Program-made: the position numbers and the translations under genes
Part shown: one piece after another, positions 9,201 to 18,114 of the stretch
How the letters are laid out: the number at the start of each line of letters is the position of its first letter
Position numbering within the stretch: the first letter of the stretch is position 1
Virus record (IMG/VR): IMGVR_UViG_3300017716_002607
Coordinates: 1 to 58,227 of that record
DNA: 58,227 bases
Origin: a virus
Taxonomy: Duplodnaviria > Caudoviricetes
Direction: 5' to 3' (one strand)
Notes under the pieces: generated by a model
What the model was told of the DNA's origin: nothing
Databases searched by the model: none
Seen by the model: the letters and a program-made list of their open reading frames with translations, nothing else

Positions 9201-10299
9201 GGTCTAATTCTATAATAGCTTTGCCATCTTTACTATTGTATATTCTTTTATTAGAAGGAACATCAAATTTATCTAAAGCAACTAATAGTTTTTTAACATC
9301 GAATGGAATATTTGTATTAAGTAAATCCAATCTTAATTTTTCTCTAATACGAGCTGTTATTGTTTTTCTGTCTTGATTAGAAAATTTATCCAAATTCTTT
9401 AACAAATCAGTCATATCAATAATATCAGGAACTTCAGCTATTGCTGTTGCTATTTGAGGATATTCTGGTAAATATTTTGATATAAATTCAACATTATCTA
9501 TATCTAAAAATAATTGATTACCTTGTCTAGCTATTAAATATTGCTTTTTATCATTAAATGAAAGTTGTGCCCATTGTCTAATAGATAATGCTCTGTTTTT
9601 ATAAACATTATTTGCTTTTTCAGTGTTAGAAAGAGGAATATATTTTAATATATTTCTAGCATTAGGAATTTCTTGTAACCAAGGAATTCTATTATTTAAT
9701 TCAGACCAGCTAAAAGGTCCTTCCATTCCTGGGCTATTATTTCTATTTGTGAATTTATATTCTCCGTCGTTTAATACTTGTATAGCTACAAAACTTAATT
9801 TATCATTATCTGATAGAGCATTATTTTTGGCTAGATAAAATGTTGGTTCACCTGTTCCATATCTATAATTTCCCCAATAACTACCCCCTGGTCTAGTTAT
9901 ACACCATCTTTCTCCTTCACCATAAGTAATACAGTTACCTTGTTTAGCACCATTCCAAATAATAATATTACCCTCATGATATACTACATCTGGGGTGTCG
10001 TCTTCTTGTTCTTCTTCATTTTCTATTTCAGCACCTGGTGAGCTTGTAACTATTTTAATTAATTTTCCTAAAGAATATTTAAATAGATCTGGTTCAGTCA
10101 CTCTAGATGAATTTTTTAAAACATCAAAACGTTCAATATATTTTTTTAATTGTTCGTCTGTTATATTAATATTTAAATCATCTGCTTCATCTTTAAACTT
10201 ATCCATTAATTTAGTCATAATAGAAGGAGCATAGGCTTCATTTAGCTCATTATCCCAGTTATGAATAACATGTAATATAAATTTATCTATTGGTCTCAT
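6265..10299 (-). CDS. large multidomain protein with three tandem ~110 aa repeats
   Basis: 1344 aa; repeats GF(A/G)(D/N)LP...IYFI.L...PGNR.YVV...EL..FL.NN. Confidence 0.8.
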   Translation of the reverse strand: MRPIDKFILHVIHNWDNELNEAYAPSIMTKLMDKFKDEADDLNINITDEQLKKYIERFDVLKNSSRVTEPDLFKYSLGKLIKIVTSSPGAEIENEEEQEDDTPDVVYHEGNIIIWNGAKQGNCITYGEGERWCITRPGGSYWGNYRYGTGEPTFYLAKNNALSDNDKLSFVAIQVLNDGEYKFTNRNNSPGMEGPFSWSELNNRIPWLQEIPNARNILKYIPLSNTEKANNVYKNRALSIRQWAQLSFNDKKQYLIARQGNQLFLDIDNVEFISKYLPEYPQIATAIAEVPDIIDMTDLLKNLDKFSNQDRKTITARIREKLRLDLLNTNIPFDVKKLLVALDKFDVPSNKRIYNSKDGKAIIELDLNDDDIRISLFTEEDDYPNIKLNQRTSKYLLDYPDLDKIPFKTLLDLISKNIINKNVLNQILTKAKNNPESTIVAKDTENGTIIIDGNSLIAYRLQGEDVSQIPFNDEEVQAIFNGEEDNQEFQQGVLNNLFRDRKDIPNSMDRESLISLINSTSYPDRTFPTAYSDIPLVFLTTDGNDPIIFTAFDSIQNVSGNNIPYARSSWGTSGNWKTIRTNRMVMSNAELDAYFSYLQNQNQVLNDSQLLDMMKIDPSDLNKNKKKYILDNPNLPLDQANIYIPIENGGINYLINTQNPSNSAKISNDTGKLIKANITANAARRLLGARAPQAEPEAPAADQPAAQVPAAPQNRAPGRGRPQGVPNAPRQPQERQRGNVNVGEAFAERGLLTGFGNLPRNDQRRLNVTDAVASPRVGDRGASARDNRLTGQGRVTNVVSIGKSKIYFIRLNDDTRIASINIQPGNREYVVTDNNAYSLNSPRELLNFLQNNDILEALRKSMFKLYLQENPHMIDEMKKIKSLSEDTLPSDTVEPRRGRPADRPDLSRRFPIENVDVSRVFERFVDKGLDKGFADLPFWDFRRLNVDNAVALNKTFDGGAADRDNLLSGQGKVTDVIRVDRNRIYFIKLDNDTQIASINMRPGNREYVVTNNNAYSLSSLRELTTFLKNNNPPEPLSSKESRKTESRVDVPKAFINKGLGKGFADLPLEDFAKLNVTNGYASNDIMDIGTGAFARNKYLAGKGQVTDVLQVSYSRIYFIKLNNANQDIIASIKIQPGNRDYVVTSQKAFLLNSPNELTTFLKNNNLLEQMKNLKEEISQEAAAIHAMLQTGQQSAQDFIDYNNVDARKLIDYIKQYKGESRENIIRDVITGNVRDYNPKSLKQFKDIFLKKIKNKNMRINEFKSLVREAVKKKLAENQPAPARKTPGRETETIPDKDTEEEKKRRRIGNPDKMPEKTPAKATATMNENEQEIIKQIVARFKSKK

Positions 10300-10310
10300 T
10301 CAATATCAGT

Positions 10311-10721
10311 TTATTTAAGTTTAGGACGTAAATCTGTGTTTACTCTATCTATTAAACTTTGAATACTTTCATCTGGGAAATTGGTAATTCCTTTTTCTGA
10401 TATAAAATTTTTTATAAAATCAAATGTAAGATTATTAATATCAATAGCTGTTGAACTTATAAATGTTCTTATAGGCATACCTCCAGATCCTGGATTGTAT
10501 AGTGCTATTTTTAATTTTCCATTATCTGATAGAGTTGCTGTTAAAGATCCACTTTTATTAGAAACAGTTCCTATCCCAAAAATAGAATCTGAATCTGTTT
10601 CTTTAGAACTAGAATCTTCACCATATTTTACAGATGAGAAACCATCATTATCTTCATTAATTTTATTTAGTTTGGATCTAACTATAGTTCTTATAGCTTC
10701 TCTTAATTGTGATTTTTTCAT
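10311..10721 (-). CDS. hypothetical protein with MKKSQLREAIR leader
   Basis: ORF; leader ends in INE. Confidence 0.7.
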   Translation of the reverse strand: MKKSQLREAIRTIVRSKLNKINEDNDGFSSVKYGEDSSSKETDSDSIFGIGTVSNKSGSLTATLSDNGKLKIALYNPGSGGMPIRTFISSTAIDINNLTFDFIKNFISEKGITNFPDESIQSLIDRVNTDLRPKLK

Positions 10722-10733
10722 ATTATAGTTTAA

Positions 10734-11126
10734 TTATTTTGTTTTTCCCCAAGAATCACCTTTGCCTTTATCTTTACAAGCTGCTGGTGTTGGTCTACAA
10801 GATGGGTATTTTGAGCGTTGTTCGCCTGCTTTCCGTCCACATGATTTACATTTACCATCTCGACATGTATTGCAATCTACCCATCCACCTTCTTTACCTG
10901 GTGCTCCTTTACGTTTAAACCAAGTACGAAGTGTTTCTTTTTGTTTTTCATTTAATTGACCTAATTGTTCTTTAACACCTTTCCAAATATCTCCTTGACG
11001 ACATCTAACAATAGCACCAGATTTATAAGCAGATGGTTTATCGTATTTACGATCAGCAATACGTTTACATCTATCTGCTTTTTTCTCAGATAATATTTCG
11101 TTTAGTATATCAGTTAATTTGATCAT
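10734..11126 (-). CDS. basic Cys-containing protein with MIKLTDILNE leader
   Basis: PSAYKSGAIVRCR, WF...WVD, YPSCRP motifs resembling large-phage virion proteins. Confidence 0.7.
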   Translation of the reverse strand: MIKLTDILNEILSEKKADRCKRIADRKYDKPSAYKSGAIVRCRQGDIWKGVKEQLGQLNEKQKETLRTWFKRKGAPGKEGGWVDCNTCRDGKCKSCGRKAGEQRSKYPSCRPTPAACKDKGKGDSWGKTK

Positions 11127-11386
11127 AATTTGATTATCTTAACAAGCAAATTTCCTGTACCCTTTATTACTCTGTGGTACATGTGTTTAGGTATAAATAT
11201 TGGTTTATTTAGTACTATAGGAAGAGAGTCGTCTAATTGTAATGACCAATCAGTTGACTCTAAAGCTTCTACTATTCTATCTTCATTATCACGATGCCAC
11301 ATAAAATTAATGATATCTGTTTTATCACTAAATTCTCGAATTATGTGTTTATCTGTTACTTCTATATTTTTGTATGGATCTATCAT
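11123..11386 (-). CDS. small cupin-like protein
   Basis: WHRD.EDR and IFIPKHMYHRVIKG cupin-like motifs. Confidence 0.55.
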   Translation of the reverse strand: MIDPYKNIEVTDKHIIREFSDKTDIINFMWHRDNEDRIVEALESTDWSLQLDDSLPIVLNKPIFIPKHMYHRVIKGTGNLLVKIIKL

Positions 11387-11892
11387 AGCCCTAATTTTTT
11401 TAATTGTTTGATAGTATCGGGAGTATTATTATATAGTATGCCTATACCACCAGCGTTATTCCAACTATCAATTGTTTCTGGTTTATCATCAATTAATATT
11501 TTGTTTTTATCTGAATAGTGGTGTTTTTCTTTGGCTCGTTTAAATATTACTTTTTGGTCAGGCCCTATTTCTTGATCAATCCATCCTCGTTTTCCTTCTT
11601 CAGAGCTTTTTTCTCGTGATGGAGCAGATAAAATTATGGGATCATATTGTTTAATATAATTCCAAAGTGCTTTACCTCCAGACATCCAATCTAAATTTAA
11701 CCAAAAATTAGAACCAGCATCAGATATGGGTTTCCAAAATTTAGCATCTCCTTTAGTATGTTTTCCTCCTAAATCAATACCAGTTAATTCTTTATAACCT
11801 TTATCAAAGTCAGCTAAAACACCATCCATATCGCAGTATATTTGATATTGGGGTGCTTTAATTTCATTTAATAAATCTATTAATTTAATCAT
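11383..11892 (-). CDS. HAD-family 5'(3')-deoxyribonucleotidase with MIKL leader
   Basis: DMDGVLADF, ILSA, K..W, LIDD motifs. Confidence 0.85.
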   Translation of the reverse strand: MIKLIDLLNEIKAPQYQIYCDMDGVLADFDKGYKELTGIDLGGKHTKGDAKFWKPISDAGSNFWLNLDWMSGGKALWNYIKQYDPIILSAPSREKSSEEGKRGWIDQEIGPDQKVIFKRAKEKHHYSDKNKILIDDKPETIDSWNNAGGIGILYNNTPDTIKQLKKLGL

Positions 11893-11936
11893 TTATATTT
11901 GTCTGTAACTTCTGTGTTTTTATATGGGTCTATCAT
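11889..11936 (-). pseudogene. duplicated 5' stub of the cupin-like gene
   Basis: MIDPYKNTEVTDKYK* versus MIDPYKNIEVTDKH at 11386. Confidence 0.7.
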
Positions 11937-12469
11937 TAACTGAATAGAGGTTTTAATAAGGCTCCTATTTTGGTTGGGTCTTTTGTTACTATAGATTGTA
12001 TTAATTCGCTAGATATATCAGGTGCTAAATTTTTAATTAACGATATTGTAGGTTCAATTTGTTTAATATCCACAGCACCATATATAGACATTAAAGTTAA
12101 AACTACAGCTTTAATAATTTTAGCTATTTTTTCTCTTTTAGTTTGATCAGCAATAAATGGTTTTAATATATATTTAATTGGTGTGTCTATATAATTATCT
12201 ATTTCGTCTGTTACTTTTCCTATAACTTGATACCATTTAGGGTCTTTTTTCTTTAATTGAATTCCTGATTTTTTAGCTATAGTTTCTATAATTCTAGTTA
12301 TAGCACTTATTATACCTGGTAGAGCAAGTACTAAAGATACTGTTCCTATTATTTCATTTTTAGGAGCGTTTTCTAAAGCTTTTTGAATTTCATCGTCTAA
12401 AAAATTTAATGATGATATATCAATTTGATCTTCATTAATTTCTTTTAATAAATCAGTTAGTTTAATCAT
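11936..12469 (-). CDS. hypothetical protein with MIKLTDLLKE leader and hydrophobic segments
   Basis: Start placed at the leader Met (12469). Confidence 0.7.
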   Translation of the reverse strand: MIKLTDLLKEINEDQIDISSLNFLDDEIQKALENAPKNEIIGTVSLVLALPGIISAITRIIETIAKKSGIQLKKKDPKWYQVIGKVTDEIDNYIDTPIKYILKPFIADQTKREKIAKIIKAVVLTLMSIYGAVDIKQIEPTISLIKNLAPDISSELIQSIVTKDPTKIGALLKPLFS

Positions 12470-13104
12470 TACCAATATCCGCTAAATGTTGTTTTAAATC
12501 CTAGCATTTTGGCGTAGCGTGGTAAACGACAAGACCAATATGATGCTTTAGTTCTATCTTTTTTATTTTTACAATCGTGACGAGCAGCAAATGCTTGACG
12601 TGCTTTTGAATTATTTAATTTAGCTGATAATCCTGTTGTATCACCAAATGATACTTTTTTAACTTTGTCTCCGTCTTTAACGTAAACATAGAATTTTTTA
12701 GAACCACCACGTTTAGGTTTACCAATAGATACTTTTTTACCTTTAAATTCGGCTTCATCTATTTCTTGTGATTCATGTAATTCTATTAATTCGTCAAGTG
12801 AAATAGGATAATCTAAAGGTACTCTTATACCTTCGTAAATACCATATTCACCTAAATTTGATTCTAATAATTCAGCATCATCTTCTACTACAGATAATAA
12901 TCCTTCATTATATAATGCTCTAGCTTCTCTAACTAAAGCCATGTAGTTAGAAGATAAAGGTCTATAAATGTTATGTATTAACATTCTACCTTCTTGTATG
13001 TGATAACTTAGTCCTTCAGAAAGTAAAATATTATTTTTACCTTCGTTAAGCATTAATTTAGGACCATTACATCCACAGTCGTCAATAGGAGTTATATTAT
13101 TCAT
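12469..13104 (-). CDS. hypothetical phage protein with basic C-terminal domain
   Basis: KKFYVYV...VSFGD...FAARHDC...YWSC motif. Confidence 0.7.
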   Translation of the reverse strand: MNNITPIDDCGCNGPKLMLNEGKNNILLSEGLSYHIQEGRMLIHNIYRPLSSNYMALVREARALYNEGLLSVVEDDAELLESNLGEYGIYEGIRVPLDYPISLDELIELHESQEIDEAEFKGKKVSIGKPKRGGSKKFYVYVKDGDKVKKVSFGDTTGLSAKLNNSKARQAFAARHDCKNKKDRTKASYWSCRLPRYAKMLGFKTTFSGYW

Positions 13105-13110
13105 ATGTTA

Positions 13111-13338
13111 TTATTTAGCGTGCCACCAATTACAACAGTATTCATCAGCAGGAGCAGGAATTTTAGCATCACCGTCGTGCCATTGAAGCCAATATTTGTT
13201 ATTACATAAATTACCTTTTTCAACCCAATATTCACAATTAGCGCACATTGATCCGCCTTTTGTTACTCGCATTCCTGGTTGGTGATCGGCTGGGTATTCT
13301 GTTTCCCCTTCCTTTAATAAATCAGTTAATTTTATCAT
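13111..13338 (-). CDS. small Cys-rich (HiPIP-like pattern) protein with MIKL leader
   Basis: CANCEYW...C...YCCNWW. Confidence 0.6.
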   Translation of the reverse strand: MIKLTDLLKEGETEYPADHQPGMRVTKGGSMCANCEYWVEKGNLCNNKYWLQWHDGDAKIPAPADEYCCNWWHAK

Positions 13339-13912
13339 CTTGTATAGTTTCTGTTGCTTCTTTAATTTTTTGAAGCTTCTCCAAAATTTGTTGTTTTAAT
13401 TGAATAGTATCTATCCCGTTACCAACCCAATTTTGAATAGTTCCATCTTCCATAACATACGTACCATTAACTAGATCATCTAAAAAATCATCTAACCCAT
13501 TTGATGTAGTATCAGCAGCATAACGAGCGTTATTCATTATCATGTTGCGTTCATACTCTTCGTATTCTCCCTTCATTTTTAATTCACTTTCCATTTCAGT
13601 AACACAATGTAAACACATTTGATGAATGTTATACATTCTTTTATCTAAATGATGATTCATAGGTGTACCGCAATTAGGACATAATAAAGGCATAGCTAAC
13701 GAAGCTGTTTTTCTTACATTACGCTTTATACCATTTTTAATGGTCCACGTACGCCCATTTTCTTCCCACACATCTCCATCTTCATGTAATTCATCTGCTT
13801 TAGTATAACCTACAGAAGTTATAGTTTTATCATTGTATTTCTTCTGTATAATGTTTCTCATACGTTTTAAATCACGTTCTGAGAATTGTTTTTTTAATTG
13901 TGTTTCTTTCAT
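13322..13912 (-). CDS. Zn-finger hypothetical protein
   Basis: CPNC...CLHC. Confidence 0.7.
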   Translation of the reverse strand: MKETQLKKQFSERDLKRMRNIIQKKYNDKTITSVGYTKADELHEDGDVWEENGRTWTIKNGIKRNVRKTASLAMPLLCPNCGTPMNHHLDKRMYNIHQMCLHCVTEMESELKMKGEYEEYERNMIMNNARYAADTTSNGLDDFLDDLVNGTYVMEDGTIQNWVGNGIDTIQLKQQILEKLQKIKEATETIQDDKIN

Positions 13913-14697
13913 AACTGAGGTTTGTTGTATATTGCAATTATATCCTCTCCATCATTAGCTTCTGCTTCAAATGAATATTGAGAAGGTAAATTATTTTTTA
14001 TGTAGGTTGATACTATATTAAATCTTCTTCTATCTAAAGGTACTATATAGATCATAGTAAAATCAGGCGTACGTTTCATAAAATCTAAAGTAATAGCCAT
14101 TACAGTAGCATTAATTTGTAACGGTTTTCCTTCTTTAGTGTCTTCATAATTAGTACCTAAAGGTCTATTTGTTGTATGATATACTCGTTCATATGTGCTT
14201 TCACCATCTGGTTTGAATGCTACGGTATAATCATTATTCTCTGTTTTAAATCTATATTCGTTGTATTTACCTCCTATATATACAAATGGTAAAGCTTTAC
14301 TTAAATCGCTACCTAATTCAATAACTAAATGTTCAAATAAATTAGGTTTAGCTTCAGCAAAGTTACGCATAATAATAGCGGCTCTAGAATTTGCTTCATT
14401 TTCAATATCACTACCTGTTTTACCATCACCGGGATTTAAACGTCCAGTAACATCTTGTTTGTAATGAACTAATTCATGAGCTAATGTTCTAAAAATATCG
14501 GCAGGATGCCTTTTAGCTATTACTATTTCAATAGATTGGTCTCCAGTAGAATAACCGCCCCAAGATTTTCTTGAGACAGCATCTTCTGATTTGTTTGATA
14601 ATTTTATATTAGGTAAAGAATCTAATTTAAGTTCCTTCATAACATGTCTCATGAACTCTTTAACCAATTCTTTATTTAATGAAGATTTATTACTCAT
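13909..14697 (-). CDS. HExxH zinc metallopeptidase-like protein
   Basis: TLAHELVH followed by ENEAN. Confidence 0.65.
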   Translation of the reverse strand: MSNKSSLNKELVKEFMRHVMKELKLDSLPNIKLSNKSEDAVSRKSWGGYSTGDQSIEIVIAKRHPADIFRTLAHELVHYKQDVTGRLNPGDGKTGSDIENEANSRAAIIMRNFAEAKPNLFEHLVIELGSDLSKALPFVYIGGKYNEYRFKTENNDYTVAFKPDGESTYERVYHTTNRPLGTNYEDTKEGKPLQINATVMAITLDFMKRTPDFTMIYIVPLDRRRFNIVSTYIKNNLPSQYSFEAEANDGEDIIAIYNKPQL

Positions 14698-14730
14698 AAT
14701 ATATATTATATACTATAAATATTTATAAAA

Positions 14731-15516
14731 CTATTCTATCTTACAAGTTGTTGGTAATGTTTCAGTTGCAGGTTTGGCGTCAGGATTTTCTAAGGTATAA
14801 ATGTCATATATTTTAAGAAACATTTCAAAATTTCGTTCAATTTCATCTATTTCCTTTAATTGCCATCCTTTACCTTGTATTTTCTTACCGCTTTTATCTT
14901 CACCACGAGTAGAAGCTTTTAACCATAAAATACCAGTTCGCTCAATTTTTTCATCATGAGTTTCGTTCCATGCTTTAGCGTAAGATGCTAATTGTAAATC
15001 CATTGATGTGTGTAATGAATTAGATGTTTTATTATCTAATAACCATAATTGTCCATTTAAACGACATACAATGTCTGTTGTACCTGCGTATTTGTGTTCA
15101 TCTGAAAATAAATGATATTCTGTCGTTACTAATTCAGGTTTATGTGTATTCCAAAAGTCAGCAAATTTTAAAATCATTTTCCAAACGTCAAGAGAATATT
15201 TAGCATTACCCCATTCATCTAACCAATTAATTTCTGCTCCATTTAAAAAATCATCAATAGCAGTGTGCACTTGAGTACCTTCAGCGGCCGCTTTAGATGC
15301 AATAATATCTGAATTATGTCCTACATCTTTTAACCAAGAGTGAAAAAATTGGTTTTTAGGGAAATAATTTAAAATACTGGATACAGACGGGTAGTATTCT
15401 CCATTTCGTCTATAAAACCGTTGGTCTAGCACGTTAATTTGTTTATTATCTGCGCTATACTCAACGATTCTTTTTATTTTAACGTCTTTTATGACGTTGG
15501 CATTTCTGTCGATCAT
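14731..15516 (-). CDS. PD-(D/E)xK exonuclease
   Basis: YPSVSSIL, GTQVH, AGTTD, LDNKTS, QLASY motifs. Confidence 0.85.
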   Translation of the reverse strand: MIDRNANVIKDVKIKRIVEYSADNKQINVLDQRFYRRNGEYYPSVSSILNYFPKNQFFHSWLKDVGHNSDIIASKAAAEGTQVHTAIDDFLNGAEINWLDEWGNAKYSLDVWKMILKFADFWNTHKPELVTTEYHLFSDEHKYAGTTDIVCRLNGQLWLLDNKTSNSLHTSMDLQLASYAKAWNETHDEKIERTGILWLKASTRGEDKSGKKIQGKGWQLKEIDEIERNFEMFLKIYDIYTLENPDAKPATETLPTTCKIE

Positions 15517-16472
15517 ATCAATTCTAGTTTTTTATTTATAAGTGTTGAAAATGTAAGAGGCTGGGTTTGTTCAATTGTATTTAGGAAATTCTCAAATCCT
15601 ATTTCATTGGCATCTTTACCTCCTAGTTCAACTAAATACACTTCCTTACCATAAGAAAGTAATTTTTCACAATGTTTAATTGCTTCTTTTAAAGCATCAT
15701 TATCTAACGCAATGTATATTTTTTGTACTTGAGAACCAACTATTTTCTTCATTAATGTTTCAGAAATATCTTTACCAAATAATGGAATAACATTTCGTTT
15801 AATAGTTAAAGCATCAAATATACCTTCAACTAATATTAAAGGAGTGTTCCAATTAATATAATATTCCCAACCAATAATGTTTCTACCAGCAGGTGGGTTT
15901 TTATATTTTTGAGGTTCGTCTTCGCGATAAGTTCTTGTGCTAAAATAATTTAGAGTACCATATTCATCATAAGAAGGTACTACTATACGATGGTCAAAAG
16001 GTCCACTAGGGCAAAAACCAATATTATATTTTAATATATCGTTCTCATTAATACCTCGCTTTTTTAGAAATTTTAAAGCATGTTTGGCTTCAATAGCGGT
16101 TATATTATCTAAAGAATCAATATTAAATAAAGGAATAAAATCTTTAGGTAGTGATATAGTTTGATTAGTTTCTACTACCTTGCTTCCCGGTTTAATTAAT
16201 GCGTTTAGTTCTTGAATGCGGTGAGATGGTGCCTTTATTTTTTTAAATAATGATACAAGTGTTTTACCTTTTTCACCACATACCCAACAATGCCAAGGGT
16301 TTTCCTTTTTCTCGTTAGTATGAATTTGTATTTCTAATTTAGGTTTAGAGTGATGGCAAAATGGACAGTTTACGGCTACATTACTACGTGCCGTAGACTT
16401 ACTCCGTCCTAATACCGCTTCTACAACTGTTAGAACCATTTTCCCTCTTATTCCCTCTTCTTTTATTTCCAT
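15513..16472 (-). CDS. DNA primase (Zn finger + TOPRIM)
   Basis: CPFC...HCWVC, VEGIFDA, ALDNDA, KDANE. Confidence 0.9.
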   Translation of the reverse strand: MEIKEEGIRGKMVLTVVEAVLGRSKSTARSNVAVNCPFCHHSKPKLEIQIHTNEKKENPWHCWVCGEKGKTLVSLFKKIKAPSHRIQELNALIKPGSKVVETNQTISLPKDFIPLFNIDSLDNITAIEAKHALKFLKKRGINENDILKYNIGFCPSGPFDHRIVVPSYDEYGTLNYFSTRTYREDEPQKYKNPPAGRNIIGWEYYINWNTPLILVEGIFDALTIKRNVIPLFGKDISETLMKKIVGSQVQKIYIALDNDALKEAIKHCEKLLSYGKEVYLVELGGKDANEIGFENFLNTIEQTQPLTFSTLINKKLELI

Positions 16473-16535
16473 TTTTTTATGTTTTCAAACCCTGTAGGGC
16501 GAAGGTAATAAAAATTTCTGGGTATTCCAAGCGGG

Positions 16536-16967
16536 TTAAACTAGATCTTTGCGGAAGAATTTACCTAATATATTATCGTTATAAGAATTGTAGCTAAGTA
16601 AGCATTCATTTATACACTGGTAGTGTAATTCGTAATAAGTTAACTCCTTTTTATCTCTACAAAGTTTTAAAATAATACATTCAAAAAATTCAGGACCTAG
16701 CTCTTTAACGTCTTGTTGTAATTCTTTAGATGAACCCCAATAAGACCTCCAGTCGCTTTCCTTAATTACTTGCTTTGTAGTCGATTTTCTCCCTCGAGTC
16801 ACGGGAAGTGCTGCTAATTCTTTTTTCCCCAATTTAACATTGGAAGTATGGTAGAAATATTTCTTACCAATATAGAATTTACCATTAGTAAGATTTGTAA
16901 TTTTATAAACAAATCCAAAGTAGTCTTGAGGATCAAATTCCTCTGAGTGTAGCCATTTATTTTCCAT
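16536..16967 (-). CDS. GIY-YIG endonuclease (T4 endonuclease II-like)
   Basis: GFVYKITN...YIGKK, DWRSYWGSS, YNDNI. Confidence 0.8.
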   Translation of the reverse strand: MENKWLHSEEFDPQDYFGFVYKITNLTNGKFYIGKKYFYHTSNVKLGKKELAALPVTRGRKSTTKQVIKESDWRSYWGSSKELQQDVKELGPEFFECIILKLCRDKKELTYYELHYQCINECLLSYNSYNDNILGKFFRKDLV

Positions 16968-16981
16968 AACGTTATTTTATT

Positions 16982-17332
16982 TTATTTATCGTATTTTATA
17001 ACAAAAGTCATATCTGTATTTTGTGATATAGGTAATGCTTGAGATAATTTAGCAACAGCTAATAAGGTATTATCTTCATTGTATAATCCTATAGTTGTAA
17101 CATAAGGCTCAAAATATGAAGAAGTTGCAAAATATTTTAATTCAGGTAAAGGTGTATTTAATGATTGTGACATAAAATTACTTCCTGAGAATAGATTATC
17201 TTGTAATAATGTTGGATTATAAGATGCATTAAATTCATTATCCTTAACATGACATATTACGTTTTGCTCATAGATTATCACTTCGTTTTGAAACGAAATA
17301 TTAAAACTTGGTGGCGGTGGAGAATATGGCAT
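16982..17332 (-). CDS. tail/baseplate-associated protein
   Basis: YVTTIGLYNE...LLAVAKLS motif shared with 20753-21775. Confidence 0.7.
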   Translation of the reverse strand: MPYSPPPPSFNISFQNEVIIYEQNVICHVKDNEFNASYNPTLLQDNLFSGSNFMSQSLNTPLPELKYFATSSYFEPYVTTIGLYNEDNTLLAVAKLSQALPISQNTDMTFVIKYDK

Positions 17333-17354
17333 ATTATTATTTTATTATAATTAT

Positions 17355-18095
17355 TTAACAAATAGTAGTATTTGAAATAACTCCCAAATTACTTACTTGG
17401 ATAGCTGTTGTTATAGGACCAATTCCTAAATAAGACAATGCAATCCATCTATTATTACCTATAACAGGTACAGTACATGCCTCATTAGAATATAAAATAT
17501 TTCCTGCACCCAAACTACCCCCAGATAAAATATAATAAGCAGTACTAGCAATTGTATTATAAGCACTGCAAGCTAAATAAGCTTGTGTATAAGTTTGAGC
17601 AGGAGTACCTATATATAACACCCCAGCCGGTGGTGGTGTTGTAGATGGTGTTCTACTAATAGTAATAGAAGGTGTTGGTGTTAATGAAATACCCGCTGTT
17701 TTACTTGGTGTAACACTTGGTGTTATACTTGGAGTCACACTTGGTGGTGGTGTTAAACTAGGTGTAACAGTTGGTGTAGCACTTGGTGTAGCACTTACAC
17801 TAGGTGTTACACTTATTGATGGTGTTTTTGATGGTGTTACACTTATTGTTGGTGTAGGAGATAAAGTTGGTGTTGGAAATGGTACATCATCTTGTGTAGC
17901 ACAACCATACGCCATATCAAATACAACAACAGAAGATGATGTAAATCCACTTGGAAGAGAAATAACATATCCTGCTTCCATTTGAGCTTGAGTTACTCCT
18001 GAACCATACAATGTTAACCCTGAGCTACCTGATAAGTAGACATCGTATGGTCCATTTGCTGTTCCTTCTTGATAATATATATAAAAGTCTGGCAT
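17355..18095 (-). CDS. virion protein with Thr/Pro/Ser-rich linker
   Basis: TPS(I/V) repeats between two small domains. Confidence 0.75.
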   Translation of the reverse strand: MPDFYIYYQEGTANGPYDVYLSGSSGLTLYGSGVTQAQMEAGYVISLPSGFTSSSVVVFDMAYGCATQDDVPFPTPTLSPTPTISVTPSKTPSISVTPSVSATPSATPTVTPSLTPPPSVTPSITPSVTPSKTAGISLTPTPSITISRTPSTTPPPAGVLYIGTPAQTYTQAYLACSAYNTIASTAYYILSGGSLGAGNILYSNEACTVPVIGNNRWIALSYLGIGPITTAIQVSNLGVISNTTIC

Positions 18096-18114
18096 TTTTA
18101 AATGTTATTAATTA

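Noticed and set aside
14731-15516. Cas4 as part of a CRISPR system
   Set aside because: No Fe-S Cys cluster and no array; context next to primase fits an ordinary phage exonuclease
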